Below are positions 59,271-64,000 of a DNA stretch of 64,000 bases, piece after piece. The stretch's first letter is position 1. Each line of letters starts with the position of its first letter. Under the pieces are notes generated by a model that searched no databases, was not told where the DNA came from, and worked only from the letters and a program-made list of their open reading frames with translations. The stretch comes from Nitrospira sp. (GTDB lineage: Bacteria; Nitrospirota; Nitrospiria; Nitrospirales; Nitrospiraceae): positions 2,611 through 66,610 of the forward strand of contig JARFXQ010000013.1 of the NCBI GenBank assembly GCA_029194725.1, read 5' to 3'. The translations under genes were made by a program, and so were the position numbers.

Positions 59271-60640
59271 TCGTTGACGACGAGCAAAGTTTGCGCGACG
59301 TATTGGGCATCATGCTCAAACGGGCTGGATATGCCGTGACGAGTGCCATGGATGGTGAAGAAGCCATCGAGCTTCTGAACAGAGAAATCTTTGATCTGGT
59401 CATCACCGATTTGCGGATGCCGAAGATTGACGGAATGCAGGTCCTGAAGGCCGTAAAATCCGCCTCGCCGGAAACCGTTGTGCTAATCATCACGGCCTTT
59501 GCCACTGCGGATTCCGCCGTCGAAGCCATGAAACAGGGCGCGTACGACTATCTGACGAAGCCGTTCCAAGTCGATGAAGTCCAGTTGATCATCCGGAATG
59601 CGCTGGAAAAGCGACGACTCACGACCGAGAACATACTGCTCAAGCGGGAGATGGCGAGCCAGTCGTCGTTCGCGCAACTGGTCGGCCAAAGCGAGGCGAT
59701 GCAGAAGGTGTTCGACGTGGTACGGAAAGTCGCCGACTCGAAAAGCAATGTCCTCATCTGCGGGGAAAGCGGAACGGGAAAAGAGTTGGTTGCGCGCGCG
59801 ATTCATTACAACAGCGCCAGAAGCGCCCTCCCCTTTGTGGCCGTGAATTGCAGTGCCGTGCCGGAAACTTTGTTGGAGAGTGAGCTATTCGGCCACATGA
59901 AGGGATCGTTCACCGGAGCGATCTCGAACAAAGCGGGATTGTTCGAGATCGCCGATGGAGGGACCATTTTTCTCGACGAGATCGGTGATACGACCCCGAC
60001 GATTCAAGTGAAGCTCCTCCGTGTCATCCAGGAACGGGAGTTTCGCCGAGTGGGTGGCAATCAAGACATCAAAGTCGATGTACGTGTAGTGGCCGCCACC
60101 AACAAGGATCTCGAGAGAGCAGTCGCGGAAGGTTCATTTCGAGAAGACCTTTACTATCGTTTGGATGTGATTCCTATACGGCTCCCGCCTTTGCGCGTGC
60201 GTTCCAGCGATATTCCTCTACTGGTCAATCACTTTCTGGAACGATTTTCGAAGGAGAGTGCTAAGCCCCAACCCGTCATTAGCCCTGAGGCGATGCACGT
60301 CTTGCTGGGGCATGAATGGCGGGGCAATGTCCGCGAGTTGGAGAATCTGATCGAACGGGTCGTCGCATTCTCGACGGATGGGCCTGTGACCGACGCCGAG
60401 GTACGCGGATGGCTTCACCGACCCGCGACGCAGTCGCAACAACCAGCGATGCCCCTGGATTTGACCGACGAGGGGTTAGACCTCGAAGGGCTCATCAACG
60501 GAATCGAGAAGGACCTATTGCTGAAGGCGCTTGAACGATCGCAATGGGTCAAGAAGAAGGCCGCGCGAATGCTCCGCCTGAACACCAGATCGTTCCGGTA
60601 TCGCTTGGAGAAGTATGCTATAAAAGGAGGTCGTGACTAA
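59255..60640 (+). CDS. pilR: Sigma54-dependent response regulator PilR (NtrC family)
   Basis: Receiver domain, [20 protein letters not shown] and Fis-type HTH. Confidence 0.88.
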   Translation: MEKILVVDDEQSLRDVLGIMLKRAGYAVTSAMDGEEAIELLNREIFDLVITDLRMPKIDGMQVLKAVKSASPETVVLIITAFATADSAVEAMKQGAYDYLTKPFQVDEVQLIIRNALEKRRLTTENILLKREMASQSSFAQLVGQSEAMQKVFDVVRKVADSKSNVLICGESGTGKELVARAIHYNSARSALPFVAVNCSAVPETLLESELFGHMKGSFTGAISNKAGLFEIADGGTIFLDEIGDTTPTIQVKLLRVIQEREFRRVGGNQDIKVDVRVVAATNKDLERAVAEGSFREDLYYRLDVIPIRLPPLRVRSSDIPLLVNHFLERFSKESAKPQPVISPEAMHVLLGHEWRGNVRELENLIERVVAFSTDGPVTDAEVRGWLHRPATQSQQPAMPLDLTDEGLDLEGLINGIEKDLLLKALERSQWVKKKAARMLRLNTRSFRYRLEKYAIKGGRD

Positions 60641-61538
60641 CTCCGCTTCCCGTTCGACCGCCGTACCTCCTCCCATTACCGTTTGTGCACCTGCCAAGAT
60701 CAACCTCGTCCTTCGTATTCTTGACCGTCGGTCTGACGACTATCACAACCTCTGGTCTCTGATGCAGACCGTGCAATTGGAGGATGAAATCGCACTTTCT
60801 CTGAGCGACCATCATTCGACCATCGTCTTGCGATGCGATCAGCCGTCCTTGAAGGTGGACCATTCCAATCTGGTGTATCGCGCTGCAGCGGCGGTATTGG
60901 AAGACAGTGGTCGAACCGCTGGATTGGACATTGTCCTCGCAAAACGAATTCCGATGGGGGCCGGCTTGGGAGGCGGAAGCAGTGATGCAGCTGCGACAAT
61001 CATTGGGCTGAACCGGCTGTTGAATTTGGGATGGTCGACAGAGAAGATGGCTCATGTTGGTCAAACGCTCGGAAGCGATGTCCCGTTCTTCTTTTTCGCC
61101 CCATCTGCGATTGTGGAAGGGCGAGGTGAAAAGGTAGTCCCGGTACGAATCAAGGGGAACCGATGGGTCGTCCTGGTTAATCCTGGATTTCCGGTCGAAA
61201 CAAAGTGGGCGTATCAGCAGCTTTCTGTAAGCCGATCAGGGGTTCAGCCGCTTTCGGATGTCCATGCGGGACTGGGGAAAGCATCTGAGCTCTCATGGGA
61301 AGCCGTGCTCCAAGCGGCCGAAAACGACTTTGAAGCGCCGGCGTTCAAGGCATATCCTGCGCTCTATGGCATTCGGCAGCGGCTCATTGCGGCAGGAGCA
61401 GAAGTAGCATTGTTATCGGGCAGTGGGGCGACTGTCTTCGGTGTGTTTCGTGACGAAGTTCAGGCTCGACACGCACAGGTGTCTTTTCTGAGCGAGCCAC
61501 ATCTCAAGGTATTCACGGTGGCGGCTCATTCTGAATAG
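60633..61538 (+). CDS. ispE: 4-diphosphocytidyl-2-C-methyl-D-erythritol kinase
   Basis: APAKINL, IPMGAGLGGGSSDAA, GSDVPFF, NDFE and LSGSG motifs. Confidence 0.95.
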   Translation: MTNSASRSTAVPPPITVCAPAKINLVLRILDRRSDDYHNLWSLMQTVQLEDEIALSLSDHHSTIVLRCDQPSLKVDHSNLVYRAAAAVLEDSGRTAGLDIVLAKRIPMGAGLGGGSSDAAATIIGLNRLLNLGWSTEKMAHVGQTLGSDVPFFFFAPSAIVEGRGEKVVPVRIKGNRWVVLVNPGFPVETKWAYQQLSVSRSGVQPLSDVHAGLGKASELSWEAVLQAAENDFEAPAFKAYPALYGIRQRLIAAGAEVALLSGSGATVFGVFRDEVQARHAQVSFLSEPHLKVFTVAAHSE

Positions 61539-61916
61539 TAGTCGGTCGATTCCTAAAGGCCTTTGTCGAGGCCCTGGCTCCACGCCCCATGTCAATCATG
61601 GTCACTATCTGGAACCTCAGACCGCGCCCAGCGTCGTCGTGAGCGACGTCACTGGCGGACCAGTCACGCTCACCGCTATTGCTCCCTTCCGATTCGTTGC
61701 TGTCCGAGCATAATCGAGCAGAAGCCTCCCGCTGAGGAGGCGAAGCCAGCGCTATTGTCGGGGAACGGCGCAACGGTCCTTGGTGTGTGTGTCTTGTTGA
61801 GAGGCCAGCTCGGCGAGCCGAGTTTGGCATTCGGATCGAACCCCACGCCAAGATCTATACTGTTTCAACCCGCTCTGCGCCTCGGCGATAACGTACATAC
61901 CCTCCGTCGTCATTTA

Positions 61917-61946
61917 TTGACAGAGACCAGTGATTTTCGATACAGT
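61917..61946 (+). promoter_or_regulatory. Probable prs-rplY-pth promoter
   Basis: TTGACA-N18-TACAGT. Confidence 0.5.
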
Positions 61947-62085
61947 TTCACCCCTTGATCGCCTTCGCTCGTGGTGCGTGCAGCGAAGGAGAGAGTTGGC
62001 TTACAGAAGACTGATGTCGCTCATCGCATAAAAACCGCTAGAGAATCCAACACAGTATAGATAGAGTGCAGTTCAGGAACGACTG

Positions 62086-63027
62086 ATGAACAGAGAACTT
62101 AAGATTTTCTCTGGCAACGCCAATCTTGTGCTTGCCCAAGAGATCTCGGGGTACTTGGGACAAAAGCTAGGTGAGGCGACCGTCTCCTCCTTCAGCGATG
62201 GGGAAATTCGGGTCAAGATCGATGAAAATGTTCGCGGCGCCGACGTGTTCGTTGTACAGTCTTGTTGTCAACCAGTCAACGATTCCTTGATGGAGTTGTT
62301 GATCATCATCGATGCGTTGAAACGTTCGTCCGCCAACCGCATTACCGCCGTCATTCCCTATTTCGGATATGCCCGTCAGGACCGTAAAGATCAGCCGCGC
62401 GTCCCCATCACTGCCAAACTGGTCGCCGATCTCATCACCACTGCCGGCACTGATCGTGTGCTTTCGATGGATCTTCATGCCGGGCAGATTCAGGGATTTT
62501 TCAATGTGCCGGTTGATCACTTGTATGCGCTTCCGGTGTTGCTCGACTATATCGTGAAGAAACAAATCAGTGATTTGGTCGTCGTTTCTCCCGATGCCGG
62601 CGGCGTGGAGCGGGCCAGGGCGTTTGCCAAGCGCCTTCAGGCCAACTTGGCCATTATCGACAAGCGTCGCGAGGGTCCGAACCAAGCGCAAATTATGAAC
62701 ATCATCGGAGACGTCCAAGGAAAAAGCGTTCTGCTCCTTGACGACATGATCGATACAGCCGGAACGATTGTTCAGGGAGCCCAGGCCTGTACCGATCAAG
62801 GTGCCAGAGAGGTGATAACTGCCTGCACCCATGCGGTGCTGTCTGGGCCGGCACTGGAACGGTTACAGACCTCGTGTCTCTCGCAGGTGGTGGTGACCAA
62901 CACGATTCCGCTGCGGGGGAAAGAGCTGGCCTGTCCGAAGTTGCATCAATTGTCGGTGGCGCCTTTGTTGGGCGAAGCCATCAGACGGATCCATGAAGAC
63001 GAGTCTGTGAGTTCACTATTCGCCTAA
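62086..63027 (+). CDS. prs: Ribose-phosphate pyrophosphokinase
   Basis: [29 protein letters not shown] and DDMIDTAGT motifs. Confidence 0.97.
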   Translation: MNRELKIFSGNANLVLAQEISGYLGQKLGEATVSSFSDGEIRVKIDENVRGADVFVVQSCCQPVNDSLMELLIIIDALKRSSANRITAVIPYFGYARQDRKDQPRVPITAKLVADLITTAGTDRVLSMDLHAGQIQGFFNVPVDHLYALPVLLDYIVKKQISDLVVVSPDAGGVERARAFAKRLQANLAIIDKRREGPNQAQIMNIIGDVQGKSVLLLDDMIDTAGTIVQGAQACTDQGAREVITACTHAVLSGPALERLQTSCLSQVVVTNTIPLRGKELACPKLHQLSVAPLLGEAIRRIHEDESVSSLFA

Positions 63028-63076
63028 GCCTATCGATTAGGCGCTGCGTAAGAAGCAGAAGAGACGGAGGGAGTTC

Positions 63077-63856
63077 ATGAAATTCGATTTGACAGTGGTA
63101 GTAAGGGAACAGGCTGGGAAAGGAGCTGCGCGGTCTATGCGGCGGGCGGGAAAGATCCCAGCCGTGCTCTACGGCCAAGGGGAATGCCTCTTGCTGACCG
63201 CCAACCCAGAGGAATTGGTCAAGATCCTCAAGTCTCATGCGGGCAGCACCGCGCTGATTTCGCTCACGGTGAACGGAGCGACGTCCAAGCAGAATCGCAC
63301 GGCCCTCTTGCGCGACTATCAAGTCGATCCGGTGACCGGAGCTGTCCTGCATGCGGACCTTTTTGAGATTTCCATGAGCAAGCCGATTCGGGTGAAGGTT
63401 CCGATCAAAGTTGTTGGCGGAATCCCGGCAGGCGTCAAGGAAGGCGGCGTGCTGCACCACAACATGCGCGACATGCACGTCGAATGTCTGCCTGCTGCTC
63501 TACCGGATCACATAGAAGTCGATGCGTCGGCATTGACCATCGGCAGCGGCATTCATGTGAAAGAAATCGGAGCGCGCGAAGGTGTCCGTTTCTTGGATGA
63601 TGCCGATCAGATGGTTGTCAGCGTTGCGGCACCGATGTCGGAGGCCAAACTCGAGGCGTTGCTCACCAGTGGTGCAGGAGCGGCGGGCGAGCCAGAAGTC
63701 ATGGTAAAAGGCAAAGAAGCTGGAGCTGAAGGGGCTGGTGCCGAGCCGACCAAAGCCGGCGCTGCAGCGCCGACCGCTGAAGCCAAGCCAGGCGAGAAGA
63801 AAGAGGCAGCAGCCGCTCCTAAAGCTGAAAAGAAAGAAGCTGAAAAGAAGAAGTAA
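63077..63856 (+). CDS. rplY: 50S ribosomal protein L25 (Ctc type, long form)
   Basis: [20 protein letters not shown] and GVKEGG motifs; Ala/Glu/Lys-rich tail. Confidence 0.95.
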   Translation: MKFDLTVVVREQAGKGAARSMRRAGKIPAVLYGQGECLLLTANPEELVKILKSHAGSTALISLTVNGATSKQNRTALLRDYQVDPVTGAVLHADLFEISMSKPIRVKVPIKVVGGIPAGVKEGGVLHHNMRDMHVECLPAALPDHIEVDASALTIGSGIHVKEIGAREGVRFLDDADQMVVSVAAPMSEAKLEALLTSGAGAAGEPEVMVKGKEAGAEGAGAEPTKAGAAAPTAEAKPGEKKEAAAAPKAEKKEAEKKK

Positions 63857-63858
63857 CG

Positions 63859-64000
63859 TTGCATCTGCTCGTTGGACTGGGCAATCCTGGGAAAGCCTAT
63901 GCCCAGACCCGCCACAATGTCGGCATGTGGGTTATCGAGCGAGCTGCCGCTCGGTGGTCGATCCAACTCTCATCACGGGGCACCGCTCGACGAGGTTCAG
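63859..64000 (+). CDS. pth: Peptidyl-tRNA hydrolase (5' part, runs off the window edge)
   Basis: TTG start; [22 protein letters not shown]. Confidence 0.93.
   Translation, partial: MHLLVGLGNPGKAYAQTRHNVGMWVIERAAARWSIQLSSRGTARRGS

Noticed and set aside
61513-61958. ORFs 61563..61958 (+) and 61513..61851 (-)
   Set aside because: No SD, no recognisable motif, and they overlap promoter-like signals or the end of ispE; likely spurious.

Overview
Bacterial chromosomal window, most consistent with a Nitrospira-type (Nitrospirota) genome; this is inferred from gene order and protein content, not from a database search. Left part: prfB with its programmed +1 frameshift, lnt and several stand-alone PilZ genes. 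These flank a divergent cluster for 2-aminoethylphosphonate (phosphonolipid-type) biosynthesis: a PepM-like mutase fused to a nucleotidyltransferase, a split TPP decarboxylase, an AEP transaminase, a cytidylyltransferase, a CDP-alcohol phosphotransferase and a flippase-like protein. The mutase has a non-canonical active-site motif. Next come an RND efflux pair behind a broken TetR repressor, then an accessory stretch (18.9-32.7 kb) of small or unknown genes. That stretch includes a C4HC3 PHD-finger-like protein, a duplicated CHCC zinc protein, an antitoxin remnant, MITE-like repeats, cstA and yajQ. Right half: a complete dcw cluster (rsmH to ftsZ, pgeF, yggS, proC, yggT, divIVA) that keeps MraZ boxes but lacks mraZ, then pilC-pilS-pilR, ispE, prs, rplY and the start of pth. 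No rRNA, tRNA, CRISPR array or intact transposase was seen.
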